Source: Octopus sinensis
Taxonomy: Eukaryota
DNA length: 64,000 nucleotides
Assembly: GCF_006345805.1 (NCBI RefSeq)
Contig: NC_042997.1
Location: forward strand, 195,982,001 to 196,046,000
Direction of reading: 5' to 3'
Shown here: in pieces, positions 38,628 through 53,049 of the stretch
How positions within the stretch are numbered: position 1 is the stretch's first letter
How the letters are laid out: the number at the start of each line of letters is the position of its first letter
The notes under the pieces: generated by a model
The model's input: only the letters and a program-made list of their open reading frames with translations
Databases searched by the model: none
What the model was told of the DNA's origin: nothing
Position numbers and translations under genes: made by a program

Positions 38628-39340
38628 TATCAGGCTGAGTAAAAAGTAAGCAACGTTTTGAAGCATGAAATTCATCACAATATATTTCAACAATGCGAAA
38701 GTTTTATTCATCAAAGTAAGTACCATTAAAATCAACACATTTTTGCCAACGAGTTACAAGTTTGTTTATTCCGGTAACATAAAAATCTGGAGTTTTGGAG
38801 CTGATGAACTCTTTGAACGCACTTTCAGCATCGGTTTGATTTTTGAACACCTTCTCTCGCAGGAAACCATCTAGGTGCTTGAAAAAGGTGGTAGTTGGTA
38901 AGGGAAAGGACTGGGAAATAAGCTGGGTGGGGTAGAACTTCGTAGCCAAGTTCCCTCAACTTCTGGAACGTCATTAGTGAAACGTGTGGTCGAGAAGTGT
39001 TATAAAGAATAATTGGTCCCCTTCGTCTGACGAGTGTGGGACAGAGGGGGAGCAACTTTTCGTTTATTTTTGGCTATTCCATGGCAATATGTTTCTGTAG
39101 TAATGATTTTTTCGGGTTTTAAGAAGTCCAGTATGTAGACCACCAAACAGTCACCATAACCTTCTTTTTGAAGAACTCGGGTTTCGGGAAGATATTCGGC
39201 GCTTCCTTTTGGTCCAACCACTGCCAAAAACATTTTTTATTATTGTACAGAATACACTTGCAGCAACCATTTTACATGTTTGTTCACAACGTTTTTCAAG
39301 CAGAACATAAGCGTTTTCTTCAAACTTTCTTTCATTTCTT
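38628..39340 (-). pseudogene. Decayed mariner transposase (Hsmar1/SETMAR-like), 3' half
   Basis: Frameshifted minus-strand pieces: VVYILDFLKPEKIITTETYC; GPIILYNTSRPHVS...QKLRELGYEVLPHPAY; FFKHLDGFLREKVFKN...FYVTGINKLVTRWQKCVDFNGTYFDE. TIR-like ta-tcaggctgagtaaaaagtaagcaacgtttt at 38628. Confidence 0.9.
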
Positions 39341-39468
39341 TTTCTAAAAAAAAAAGAAAATATTCAGACAGATATTTATATTAAAAAAAAAGACCAGGAG
39401 CGGTTTACGGCCTGGCGATCTGAGAGAAGTAACCCTGTATAGAGGAAATCGGAGCTTTTCAGTTATAT

Positions 39469-39556
<88 letters not shown>

Positions 39557-40339
39557 TGTAAACAGACGAGAAAGGCAGAAATTGCTGGGTGAGATTTTAG
39601 CCCAATCGGATGCGCAAGGAATCACGTTAGTGTTGATTTGTGGGTTCGATTTTGGCTTGGCTTAGCTCATGATTTTTCTTGTCATTTGTTTGTATTTCAA
39701 ACTTTCGCTTCAAATCGGAGAATATATATTATTATGATATATTATAAAGCAGTTATATATATATAAGCATGTATGTATGTGTATGTGTGCGCATGTATGG
39801 TTATACGCACATATGTATATATGAGTGTGTATGAATGTGAGCGTGTTTGTTCATATATACATACATACATACATACATACATACATACATACATCATACA
39901 TACATACATAATTAAACAGGAAAAATAGATGAAGTTTTGAAATATTCTCATTATGTCAGGCAGTGTAACCGTCTGGATGTTGATCAATACGCTCACGCAA
40001 TTCTCGTAAAAGTATTGGCTGACTTCAACACTCTAAAAGACAGATTCGCATCCTGGTTTATTTATCTATCTATTTATTTATTTATTTATTTTCTGTCCTG
40101 ACTCTATTTTGTATTTTGTTTGTTTTTTTATGCTATTTTTATTTTTTGCTTTTTATTTACATAATTTCTTTAATATAGTTTTCCATTAAATTGGTTGTCT
40201 AAGTCAGTTATATTTTATTTTGTCTGACAGATTCCGATTTGAATTTATGTATTTTATATTTATTTGGTTCGTTTTCTTTTAATGAAATTATGATCAGAAA
40301 ATATCTACTGACAGTAACAAAGAATTCTTCTTCTTCTTC

Positions 40340-40371
<32 letters not shown>

Positions 40372-41012
40372 TATTATTATTATTATTATATTATTATTAT
40401 TATTTTTAGCATCTTTGTTTTTCTTTTTCTCAAAAGTTCCATATTTAATGGTATTTGCATCTTAATGAATCATATGAATGACGTTTTAATTATCTCCGAG
40501 GACGTTGTACGTGTTTCAAGATTAACTATTTCTTAAAAGGCAACGTAAAATTTCATTGTTATATTTATTTTCCAGACATTGTTTAAAAAAAAACTTGCTT
40601 GCACGTATTTTGCTTGGCAAAAGAAACAAACAAAAAAAAATATTTAAAAATGTCAAAGAAGCAATGTATAAAACACCATGTTTTATCGGATATAATTCTT
40701 ACGGATAACTATGGATGTCTAAATGCACCTATAAGCAATATATTCGTCTATGGAAAGTTAAGACAACTATAAGGAACTTTAGACTTGTTTTGATGCTAAT
40801 TACATAATTTCCCATCAGAAATGTTCAATTGACAATACAGACTTCAATGATCATGTATACAGTAATACATTGCCATATCGCGGTTCACCTATCGCGGTTC
40901 ATTTATCGCGGCTTATTATTTAAGATTACGTCGCTTCCTCCCTGGTTTTGCTTAGTACATATAATAAACTAAATATATATGCAAATTATAAAAATAATAA
41001 AAAAATATATAC

Positions 41013-41520
41013 AGGCGTAGGAGTGGCCCTTGTGGTAAGTAGCTTGCTTACCAACCACATGGTTCCAGGTCCAGTCCCACTGCGTGGCACCTTGGGCAAG
41101 TGTCTTCTACTGTAGCCTCTGGCCGACCAAAGCCTTGTGAGTGGATTTGGTAGACGGAAACTGAAAGAAGCCCGTCGTATATATGTATATATATATATAT
41201 ATATGTGTATGTGTGTGTGTGTGTGTGTGTATGTGTGTGTTTGTTTGTGTGTGTATGTGTTTGTGTGTCTGTGTTTTCCCCCTTCCAACATCTCTTGACA
41301 ACTGATGTTGGTGTGTTTACCACCCCGTAACTTAGCGGTTCGGCAAAATGCTTAGCAGTATTTGGTCTGTCTTTACGTTCTGAGTTCAAATTCCGCGAAG
41401 TCGGCTTTGCCTTTAATCCTATCGGGCTCAAATATATTAAGTGCCAGTTGCGTACTGGGGTCGATATGATCAACTGGTCCCCTCCCCCAAAATTTCGGGC
41501 CTTTGCCTAGAGAATAAGAA
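41013..41520 (+). mobile_element. Chimeric SINE: family B (41013-41347) fused to family C (41348-41520)
   Basis: The sequence switches at cttagcggttcggcaaaa/tgcttagcagtatt. Confidence 0.75.
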
Positions 41521-41649
41521 AAAAGTACCAGCTGTGCACTGATGTCGCTGTAATAGACATACTCTGCCTCCTCTGAAACTGCAGGCCTTGTGTCAAAATT
41601 TGAAACCAATATTTATGCAGTTTTAGAAAGAGCTTTTATGTATTATCTC

Positions 41650-41830
41650 GCGTCAAGGCCCAATTTTGAGGGTATGAAGCAGAATAATTACACTGACCCC
41701 ACTATATATCTAGTATTTTATTTCATTGACCTCGAAAGAACGAAAGGCAAAATCGACCTCGGTGGCATTTGAACTCAGAACGTAGAAACCGGAAGAAATG
41801 CTGCTTAGCATTTACTCCGACTTCCTAACA
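41650..41830 (-). mobile_element. SINE family C, diverged
   Basis: gaaaggcaaaatcgacctcggtggcatttgaactcagaacg. Confidence 0.7.
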
Positions 41831-42557
41831 ATTCTGCCTGTTCGTATCCGGTAGCGAATAACTATTAATCCATTTGCAGAGTCTTCGGAATCTCCAACGG
41901 TCAATTAAGCTTGAAACACAGCAAATTTTTATGAAATAATTAATTTTAATACTTTAAATTAAGCATGAAAACAATTAATACACTGATGAGTATAACACCT
42001 GTAGTGTTTAAGGAAATATTGAATGGCAATAGCCGTAACATTTGATCTCAGAGTACCTTCTCAAAGAGTCTTGTGTTTTTAAATACATAAGTATTTTTGA
42101 GAAGTTTCAAGTGTTTTATAGAATTCAACTCATTACATGTCTGTGTTTGCTTATAAATTCTTCTTAAAGAACACATTACAATGCTACAGTCAATGCTAAC
42201 TAGTGAGTGACTGCCACCTGGAAACTTTTACTATGATTTCGTTAAATTGTCTTTCGGGGCCTTTGTTGTGGCGAGCCAACGTAGATAATTTATTTCCTCT
42301 AATGTCAGGCTGTGACAGCTGAAGGGACAGAGAACACTATGTCCACCACCCGAATTAGCAGAAGTGTAGAATAGACAAACGTAATTGATGTGCTTTGTTC
42401 AGGGACAGAAGAAGCTGTCCTGCCCAAAATTATGGAAACGGAACGAACTTTCTAATCAGTGTGGTACATGCCTTCACCTATCGAAATACTCTTTGGGTTT
42501 TGACCGAAACAAGCTAAGTTGTTGCCTCTACCTATACACTGTTGTATACTTGGAGCA

Positions 42558-42805
42558 GTAGTTCTCGGGGATATTCAGCGTGACATACAGTGTGATAAGG
42601 CTGGTACAACCGAAACAGGAGGAAAGACTGAGAGAAAGTTATTGTGAAAGAGTACAGCAGGGTTCGCCACTACTGGCTGCCGGAACCTCGTGGAGATTTA
42701 ACTGTTTTCGCTCAATAAATACTCAGAACGCCCAGTCTGAGAATCGAAACCGCGATCCTACGACGGCGAGTCCGCTGCCCTAACCACTGGGCCATCGCGT
42801 CTCCT
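42558..42805 (-). mobile_element. SINE family A, partial
   Basis: Ends in ccgcgatcctacgacggcgagtccgctgccctaaccactgggccatcgcgtctcc. Confidence 0.8.
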
Positions 42806-43562
42806 CGTTGACTTAATACTACTATGTAAGATAATCTGAAAATTCCTGCCTGGTGAGATTGAAAATTGATCTTGCTACGAAGCTAAAACCGCAAAGCCTT
42901 TATTTATGTTATTTGCACCAAAACTTTTGGCTAAAGCCCTCCAACAAATATTGTTAGTTCAGCTATGAAACTATCATTGCTGAATATCAAATTAATTCTA
43001 GTGACAAAAGTTACAAAATGCGTTTGTATAAACTCCTAGGTAAACTAACGACGTAAATACCAGAAAATTCGAGACCTACTAATGCTACTAATACCACCTA
43101 ATTGATATAGATGGAGATCACACCAAATCTTAGCTGAGGAAGATTATCTGTAAATATTTTATCCACAAGGGTGAGATAATCGGATGAGATTATCTGGACT
43201 GGATTTACCAATAAATTCTACGATTTTTCTTATCTGCAACCGAATTGCGAAGCTGAATAAACTATCTGAATGACACTAGCGCTCTGTTAGTCAATGTTGA
43301 CCGGTTATCTGCACGTGCGTGTGTAGTGATGGGAAAGACATTTCAGGAAAGAATGAAGGATGGTGCTTGACCATGAATGTAATTATTGGCACTTCATGCT
43401 GTCCACGTTTATCCAAATGAAAAAACCGCATAAGCAGGCGGTTACACCTTAGTAAAATGTATGGTCGAAGGCGTTGCGGTCAGAACTTTTTGAGCCTAAA
43501 CAAAATAAAGTAAAGAATTGCACCCGACCCTCTAACAAACAATCTCATCATTCTTCCCCTTC

Positions 43563-43695
43563 ATCCCCCACCATCGTTCACAAGGCTTTGGTTGGCCCGA
43601 GACTATAGTAGAAGACATTTACCCAAGGTGCCACGCAGTGGGACTGAACCCAAAACCATGTGGTTGGTAAGCAAACTACTCACCACACATCCACT
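43563..43695 (-). mobile_element. SINE family B, head
   Basis: caaggtgccacgcagtgggactgaaccc...catgtggttggtaagc. Confidence 0.75.
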
Positions 43696-44679
43696 CTATA
43701 TTTCTTCTTTTGCTGGTGTCTCAAATTTAGGTTAAATCAGTGTTTCTCAAAGGGGAGGCCTATGGGACGGTCGGGCAAGTTGTTTCGAGAGAATTTGGTT
43801 TAAATGTTCGACAACTCAGCACCGTCCATTGGACGGGGGGACGTTTTGATCGTCTGTTTATACGATAAAATATACGACCTAACCATGAAGATCATCCGAA
43901 CGTTATGCATTGAACTTTATATAAATTATTATGTGAGTACTAAGGCTCACTGATAACAAATTCCATTCACCGCAATTTCTAAAACGTGTACGACACATGC
44001 TTGTTGTCCTCCATAAGAAATTATGAAGTTTACATTAGTATTACAAACGGAAGCTATGGTATCGTATTAAAAATCTACAGCAAGCAAAATCTACAGCGTT
44101 GATTCTTACTGTTATGTAAATACGAGTATGCTGGATTACAGCATTACTGACGTAAATGGGATTTTACTGTAGGACACTGAGATACTAAACAGAGGGACTT
44201 GCCTGTTTTATATATTTATAATCAAAGTTTGCGAAGGCAGGAGCATGATTTCAGGTATCCATTAATTCGTTCGTCTCCCCTTAAACACAGGTAAACCATT
44301 CGAAAGATTCTTGAATTATTTTGTTATGAGTTTTCTATATTTTTTTTCTGGTGAAAAAAATAAAGAAAACCAGAAGATCCATCTTCTGGAAGCAAAGGTG
44401 TTACCAGAATGCAGGAAATTAAAATATATATAAAAGTGAAGAGTTACTTCAAAGGTATAAATACTTTGCCTTTTACTGTGAAAGAAATACTTTCAAAAAC
44501 ATACACAGAAACGTACACAAACACTCACAGACACGCAAACATACATATAGGTAAATACACGTATATGGTATGCTTATGTAAATACACACACATATATATA
44601 TATATTAGGCGCATGTGTATTAAAAGTCAGCATATATGGAAAGAAGTGTGTTCCCACGCAACGATTCTCTATACATATA

Positions 44680-44801
44680 TATATCTATATATATATATAT
44701 ATATATATATTTACGTACACATATTATGCATATATGTATGAATATACTTATATATACATATTTATATATACATACATATACATATGTATATATATACATA
44801 T

Positions 44802-44832
<31 letters not shown>

Positions 44833-44855
44833 CATATATACATATATATATATAC

Positions 44856-44886
<31 letters not shown>

Positions 44887-45344
44887 CATATACTATATAC
44901 ATATATATATACATATATTATATAATAATATATACATATATATATATATATACATATATATATACATAATATATATATATATATATTATATTATATATAT
45001 ATAGTATATATGTATATATATATTATATATATATATATATATATTTACGTACCATATATATGCATATATGTATGAATATACTTATATATATACATATTTA
45101 TATATACATACCATACATATGTATATATATACATATATCATGTATATATATATATATCTATATATATAACATATATACATATATATATACATATATATAC
45201 AATATATATATATATATATATATACATATAATATATACATATATATATACATATATATATATACATATATATACATATATATATATATATATACATATAT
45301 AATACATATATATATATATAATATAATATATATATATATATATC

Positions 45345-45383
<39 letters not shown>

Positions 45384-45420
45384 TATATATACATGTATAT
45401 GTATATATGTATATATGGAT
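44680..45420. repeat. Very long interrupted (TA)n/(TACA) array
   Basis: Directly visible; it explains ORFs 44620-45576. Confidence 0.95.
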
Positions 45421-45565
45421 TTGTAAATGCACAAGCAGCCTCAGTGCGCACCTGTATAATTGGAAACTGATGCACACGCACACAGACACATGATCACAAA
45501 CGATCACAGACATATATACACATTCATACATATACAGATAGATACTCACACACACACACACACAC

Positions 45566-45598
<33 letters not shown>

Positions 45599-46320
45599 TA
45601 TATATGTATATATATGTACATAAATTGATAGATCGATAGATAGACAGAAAGAAGGACATAGACAGTCAAACAGATAGACAGATAGGTGTCTCTGTATGCG
45701 CAAATGTTTCCATGCAATTGTGTGGTTGTGTGTACATACCAATATGGTTGTTCGTTTACGGATTTATATTGAACAGGAACACGTTCAAACATAATCACAC
45801 CGTTCATACGTTACAAAGCATCAATATAAAACCCACCTAACACGGGAGATCTTACTTCTCCATTTCCTGCTGTTTCTACTTTTTAATGTACAGTATTTGT
45901 TTATTATATATGTCCATCTGTATACGTAAATAAACATGCTGAAGTCTGTATCGGGGTTTAATTGAATGTTTACGAATTCCTGAATATTTTTACTGTCTTA
46001 TTGGAGATTTTAGACGTGTTGGAATGCAATTATGTATGGGTTTTTCTAAATGTGAATGCGATTGTTGTTGAGAACCATTTTCGTGTACGAAAAATTTATG
46101 TTTCAAGTGTTAAAATATTTCAGTTATAAAATCTAAAAAAAAAAAGAACTATTACGTAAAGTCAAAAAAATAAAAATAAAGAAAATTTGATTGGAAAAAC
46201 GGCTTTTCGAGACTCGAGAAGAATCCGTATTTTAATATAGTGCTTAAAGAGCTGTGTTATTTGCATAAATAGGTCACTTTTTGTGTTTTTTGTTTATTTT
46301 TATTTATTTTTTTTTTTCAG

Positions 46321-46462
46321 CATTGAAGTGGCAGAAGAGAAATTATGTTAGGCTCACAACCTACAGCAATAACTACAGTTTCTCCAATAAAACCCGAGAG
46401 GAAAACTTTGATACCGAAAACCAGGGAATAAACGCTGCAGCTATTAAAGTATATTTAAAGAG
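46321..46462 (+). CDS. Possible internal exon (unidentified)
   Basis: A long T-rich tract plus CAG ends at 46320, and a GAG|GTAAAA donor follows. One frame is open: LKWQKRNYVRLTTYSNNYSFSNKTREENFDTENQGINAAAIKVYLK. Confidence 0.22.
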
Positions 46463-47237
46463 GTAAAAATCTGCATTTACACAAAGTAGCAGAAGACGCA
46501 AACAAAGAAATACTAAAGCAGCAGGATGTAACATTCAGGTTAGAAATAATGCCATAAACATTCCTGGAATCTTCTGATTATTAAAAATGTGGTTACAGAT
46601 TATATAGATTTTTATCAAAAACGAGACAAAGATAAGGCGTTTTATATAACTTTTCTATACAATTTTGTTTTCAGTTTTTGGATAACATTTTCTGAGATGC
46701 AATAAAACTGCGGTCCTCCAAGATATAAACGCAGCATATTTATTCATATTCAATATTTTAAGCAAAATGTAGAATATATTGAAAGCGCAATACTAGTCTT
46801 GTATGGAATCTATTGATCAGTTTCTCAACATGTAAGTCATCCTATAGGGTCGTCAGCATATCTGTTTGTGAAGTATTTCAAAATATTCAAAAACCGTTTA
46901 TCATATACATCCTATTAAAATACAGAAATTTATAACGATGTTGCTTTTTTTTAAGTATCGAACGAAAGCACAGCAACAAACATTTGAAACTCAGTACAAA
47001 TCTCCATGTTTAACCCTTCCATATTCGATTACTTTTAATTAAAAAGCGAATGCATTAAAAATTATGCGTCAAGATCATGTTTTAGTAACGTATAGATTAC
47101 CAATTCAGAAAGAGCCAATGGTCCTTTGTGATAATAATATAGGAATATAATTGGCAACGTGTGTATGTATGTATGTAGGTACATACATACATACATCCAC
47201 ACACACATACACACAAACACACACATATATATGTATG

Positions 47238-47281
<44 letters not shown>

Positions 47282-47579
47282 GTACGTACATATATATGTG
47301 TGTATGCACGTATGTATGTATGTATATATATATATATATGTACGTGTATTCATGTATCAAAATAAGCAACAAGGATATCCAGAGGTAATGCAATACGACC
47401 GTTTCATGCAACTCTATTTAATTGAGCAATGCAATCATTACATCAATTTAAAATGTAGAGCAACCTTCAGCTGCATAAAGACATAATTTAATTAAATTAG
47501 GATAGATGGACACATTAGTATAATTATACCTAATATCTCCAAGAAGTTAAGGAGATAGACAAAGAACATGTTGTACCTA

Positions 47580-47935
47580 AGAAGGAGCTGCATGTGTAAG
47601 AAGTCGCATCAGTAAGAAGCTGCATGGTTAAGAAACTACATGGGTAATAAGCTACATGAGTAAGAAGACGCATGGAAAATAAGCTGCATGGGTAAGAAAA
47701 CCCATGGATAAGAAGCTACGTGGGTAAGAATACACATGAGTAAGGAGCTGCATGGACAAGAAGCTACATGGATAAGAAGCTGCATGGGTAAGACGCAGCT
47801 TGGGAAAGAAGACGCAGCATGAGTAAGAAGACGCATGGGTAAGGAGCTCTATTGGCAAAAAGTAGCAGGGTTAAGGAGCTACATGGGTAGGAACTGCATG
47901 GGTAAGACGCTGAATGGGTAAGAAAACGCATGGTA
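47580..47935. repeat. Minisatellite with a ~16-17-bp unit (agctgcatgggtaaga)
   Basis: About 20 degenerate tandem copies of catg(g/a)gtaagaag(c/a). Confidence 0.85.
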
Positions 47936-48029
47936 GCAACGTTACTTCCCGATGGTGTGGTCTTACGTTGAGATCCCCTGTGCGGTAGACTGAAGAAATG
48001 TTTTCTAAAATATCCCCGTTCCGACCAAG

Positions 48030-48345
48030 CGTTTGAGAATGGATTTGGTAGAAGGAAACTGAAAGAATCCTTATATATTACATGTGTGTGTGTGTGTGTG
48101 TGTATGTGTGTGTGTGTGTGTGTGTATGTGTGTATGTTTGCGATGAGTTTTGTACCCATTACAATCACCACTTGACAACCGGTGTTGGTTTCTTTATGTC
48201 CACGTAATTATCGGTTCGGAAAAAGTGACCGATGAATTGACAACCAGAATTCAAGAATAAGTTCTGCGTTCGATTTCTTCGACTAAACACTTCAAGGCGG
48301 TGCCCCAACATGGTCGCAGTCTGATGCCTTGAAACAAGTAAACAA
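48030..48345 (+). mobile_element. SINE family B, diverged 3' portion
   Basis: ggatttggtagaaggaaactgaaag...cttgacaaccggtgttgg...ggcggtgccccaacatggtcgcagtc. Confidence 0.7.
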
Positions 48346-48375
48346 CAAAAGACACGCACACACAAGTACAGAAGT

Positions 48376-48418
<43 letters not shown>

Positions 48419-48901
48419 GGAGGGAAATAATAGAGAGATATACAAGGAGAAAGATAGGGAGTGTGTATGTGTGCAAGTGTGTGTAGGTGTAGGCGTGACG
48501 TTTGTGGGTCTGTGTGTGTGTGCATGTGTGTGTACATGTGTGTGTATATGTGGGTGTACATGTGTGTATATGTCACGGCCTGTCTGTCTCTGCAAGTGTG
48601 ACTCAGAGAGAGCAGGAGGCGGTTAGACGAGCAGACAGGAAGCTACCAATGGGTACGGGCCATGTAAGTATAGTAACCCTGCTAGAAATACGCAATAAAC
48701 ATCGTTATTGAACAATAATTGTCTCCTGTTGTCCAATATTATTTACATTAAATACAATTGCTGTATCTTGTTTATTTGTTCTGTCGGAATATTAATTAGT
48801 CAATTAATATAATCTGCTCCTAATTACGCCATACACACACACACACACACACCCACACAGACACACACACACAAAACATATATGTGTGAATACATACATA
48901 C

Positions 48902-48971
<70 letters not shown>

Positions 48972-48989
48972 TATATATATATATATGTA

Positions 48990-49020
<31 letters not shown>

Positions 49021-49346
49021 CATAATATATATATATACATTTATATATATATATATATATATATAAATACATACATATTACAGATACATTTATATATATA
49101 CATATTTATATACATATATATATCATATATATAATATATATACATTTATATATATATATAATAAATATATATATAATAATAAACATCTCTCTCTCTCTCG
49201 TATATATATATATAGAGAGAGAGAGAGCGAGAGCATATTTATGTGTGTATGTATCTAAAATACGTGTGTGTGTATATGTGTCTGTGTGTCGGTATTTATA
49301 TGCACATGTATCTGCGGAGGCATGTATTTATATATATATGTGTGTG

Positions 49347-49391
<45 letters not shown>

Positions 49392-49789
49392 TTATATATG
49401 TATATATGCAGAAAGTAAACTACAAGAATACGACCGAAGTAAATAGCAGATATCGTAGCATCAGTTTCAACCCATAAGCATTATCTTGTTATCTATTAAT
49501 TATTATAACACAATTAATCAACAGATCGAAATGAAGCCAATTACATAGAAACAAATATCTGTTTAGGCTATTTTCATGACGTGTAATTAAGGAGAAAATT
49601 AATAAGAATTAGACGTTTAAAAATAACAATAAGAACAACAGCTATTACGTCAACCAATGTGACTTTAAGAACATGAGTATACTGTAAGATAACAACATAC
49701 AAGGACGACAAGATCGTAGTAAAATAATATATTTTAGTGGTTAGGGCGTTATATAACGTGGATCTGGTTGTTCACGGAACGAGGTTTTA

Positions 49790-50185
49790 TTCTGTTCTAC
49801 TCTAAGCACAAGGTGCGAAAGTTTGAGTGAGTGGGCTAATCGATTAGATCGACCCCAGAATATAACTGGTAGTTAATTTATCGACCTCGAAAGGATGAAA
49901 GGCAATGTCGACCTCGGTGGAATTTGAACTCGGAACATTTCGCCCGGCGTGCTAACGTTTCTTATTTCTTTATTGCTCACAAGGGGCTAAACATAAAGGG
50001 GACAAACAAAGGGATTAAATCGATTACATCGTCCCCAGTACGTAGCTAGTACTTAATTTATCGACCTCGAAAGGATGAAAGGCAAAGTCGACCTCGGCGG
50101 AATTTGAACTCAGAACGTAACGGCAGACGAAATACCGCTAAGCATTTCACCCGGCGTGCTAACGTTTCTGTCAGCTCACCGCCTT
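49790..50185 (-). mobile_element. SINE family C, tandem copies
   Basis: Two tcgacctcgaaaggatgaaaggcaa blocks at ~49881 and ~50061. Confidence 0.85.
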
Positions 50186-50628
50186 GGAACAAGGTTCTAC
50201 TAAACCGCTCGGAAGGGTTTAATGGAACAAATTATTTGTTTAAGCCTTGTATTTAAACTATCGGACGCATTTGCCGAGCTTCTACGTTACGGGGACGCAT
50301 AACAAATGACATCGGTTGTGAAGTCGTTGAAGAGGAACAAGATAATGACTCATACACGCATACATGTAGATACGCATAGCCACTCAGAAAACTTTGGTCG
50401 ATACATGGCTAGCGCGGAAGGCACTTGCTCAAAGTGCCGCGCAGTGGGACTGAAGCCGAGAGCACATGGTTCACAAGCAAGTTTCTGAACCACACAGTCA
50501 CTAATGCCGTCATAAGGAATGTGTGTGAAATATTTTAGAAAATATAAAATGATCGTTAGTGTATTGTACAATAACAGCCATGAAAGCATTTATACTGCAT
50601 TTACTGTCAAGATATATATATATATATA

Positions 50629-50696
<68 letters not shown>

Positions 50697-51071
50697 GGGA
50701 TTACCACTATGTGGACCCCTAATGCTAGAAGTAGATCCACCATGGTCTTACCACTAAGAATTGTTCTCTAGAAGATTTAGCAACACCAGAAGCGTAAGCG
50801 AGCAAGACAAATGAAAAGTAACAAAAATATAGATTAATCATAAACAATGTTTCACTATTAACAAATTATTTTATTTTATTTTATTTTATTTTATTTACGC
50901 AAATTATCTGTAGATCTTCGGCATGATCGACTATACAAATATAATTTGCAGAAATACACACCATACATCCGCACGAGGTCGAACATGTATGCAGTTCTAC
51001 CTATTACACTTTTTCAAAAGTCCTCGAAGTTTCCTAGAAGACACCGACAGAACGGATTTTATATAATAGAT

Positions 51072-51425
51072 AGGAGTGGGTTGCGGTAAGAAGTTTGCTT
51101 ACGAACCACATGGTTCCGGGTTCAGTCCCACTGCGTGGCACCTTCGTCAAGCGTCTTCTACTATTGCCCATTTTATGTGTCTCTATGTGTGTATCTGTGT
51201 GTCTATGTATGTTGTATTTGTGTGTCTGTGTTTGTCTCCACACCACCACTTGACGACCGATGTTGGTGTGTTTTCGACCCTGTAACGTAGCGGTTAGGCA
51301 AACGATACTAATAGAATAAGTGATAGGCTTACAAATAATAATCATTGGGGTAGATTTGTTCGACTAACGGTAGTTCACAAGCGTGGCCGCAGTCAAATGA
51401 CTGAAACAAGTAAAAGAATAAAAGA
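51072..51425 (+). mobile_element. SINE family B, diverged
   Basis: ggagtgggttgcggtaag...catggttccgggttcagtcccactgcgtggc...gtcaaatgactgaaacaagtaaaag. Confidence 0.8.
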
Positions 51426-51456
<31 letters not shown>

Positions 51457-51512
51457 TGTATGTATGTATGTATGTATGTATGTATGTATGTATGTATGTA
51501 TGCATGTATGTA

Positions 51513-52380
51513 TACAGGCTGCGATGATTAAACTGTCGGTAAAATTACGCAAAAATGAAAATAACACTGTCATCTCATTTTAACAGATATATTTAAAATA
51601 TCTTGAAATACAAAACAGTGAATTTATTCAATAAAGACGCCATTGGCTTCAACCACGGCCTTCAGACGACTTCGCAATCTCTTGCAACTCTTCTGGATGG
51701 TTTCTATTTTAAGTTGGTGAATGCTGCTATAATCATTGCCTTCAAGTCATCTTTGATCTTACAAGGATTATTGTTGGCGTCTCGGTCAACTGCGACCCAC
51801 ACATAATGATCAAGGGGGTTGCAGTTTGGGGAGGTAGATGGTTAGATGTTAGGGGCGATGTGGTTGTAGAAATTGTCTCACAACTATGACTGGATTCTCC
51901 TGCTTGTGTGACACGGTGCAAAGTACTGTTTCCAGACAGAAAGACTTCCATGTGCCTCCCTCTTCACTTAGGGCAGCACTACCTCCTCAAGCTACTTGAT
52001 GTATATCTCTGTGTTGAGTCCGAGGCCTTGTGGGAAGATGAATGGTGACATAACGTCGCCATCATTAGTGATCACTCCAAACATTGGATGTTTGATTTTT
52101 ATCACACTCGGTACATGTCTTTAGATTGCACTGTCCTCAGATTGAAACCCAAACACTCTGAAATATTCGTATTGGAGCTTCCGGCGCAAATGCCAAGCAA
52201 TACAGCATGTAGTTTCCAAATTTCTAGCAGAGTGAATTGCATCATGGCGCTATTTTTCTCACAGACGGTGCCCAGCTGATCCTACTACATTGTGTGGTGC
52301 ACAAATTCAAAAACACTCAATGCGCGAATTTAAATAAATACCATGGCGTCAGTTTATCCATATAATCTGTTAACCTGTAT
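51513..52380 (-). pseudogene. Decayed Tc1/mariner-superfamily element, maT (DD37D)-like
   Basis: The minus strand gives FGVITNDGDVMSPFIFPQGLGLNTEIYIK*LEEVVLP...PNCNPLDHYVWVAV...CKRLRSRLKAVVEANG, whose last catalytic residue is D. Degenerate TA-CAGG ends at 51513 and 52379. Confidence 0.8.
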
Positions 52381-52735
52381 ATACATGTGTGTAATATATA
52401 TATATATATATATATATGTTTGTGCGTATGTATGTATATATGTATGCAAATATATGTATGAATGTTTTTGTGTGTCTGCGTTTGTCCCCATCATCGCTTG
52501 ACAACCAAGGTTGGTGTGTTTACGTTCCCGTAACGTAGCGGTTGGCCTATCGAGACCGATAGAATAAGTACTAAGCTCACAAAGAATAATCCCGTGGGTC
52601 AATTTGTTCAACTAAAGGCAGTGCACCAGCATTGCCGCAGTCAAGTGACTGAAACAAGTAAAAAATGAAGAATAAAAGTATATATATAATAATAAATCTC
52701 TGAGCGAGGTGTAAACCATAGTTGCACGACATCGT

Positions 52736-52984
52736 GAAGTATATTTGTCACTTAAATGTGGCTAAACCCTAAGTGTTGATGCTACTGTAGCTTGTAGCCT
52801 CAGGAAGACATCTCCTCCAGCTGGCTATTGACATACTATCTGCATATACTGACACATTATTTCAAATACTGATAGGGCGCAGATAGTGTGTCATAGCCAG
52901 CTGGTGGAGATGTCTTTTGGGGCTACAAGCTACTGTAGCATCAACCCTTAAGGGTTAGCCACATTTAGGTGACAAATATACTTC
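52736..52984. repeat. 249-bp foldback (MITE-like hairpin)
   Basis: ~107-bp arms gaagtatatttgtcacttaaatgtggc...ctatctgc / gcagatag...gccacatttaggtgacaaatatacttc. Confidence 0.9.
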
Positions 52985-53006
52985 AGAATATGTGTGTATG
53001 CGTTTG

Positions 53007-53049
<43 letters not shown>

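Noticed and set aside
38798-38830. CUGAUGA inside the mariner relic (also 41985 and 43134 elsewhere)
   Set aside because: No GAAA follows a paired stem II; these are chance matches.
47389-47433. Repeat family (also 59823-59867) with GAAAC-GG(U/C)C-GUA and terminal pairing on the minus strand
   Set aside because: The 5' core is UG(C/A)UC(A/G)AUUAA rather than CUGANGA, and the pairing is equally explained by a simple hairpin.
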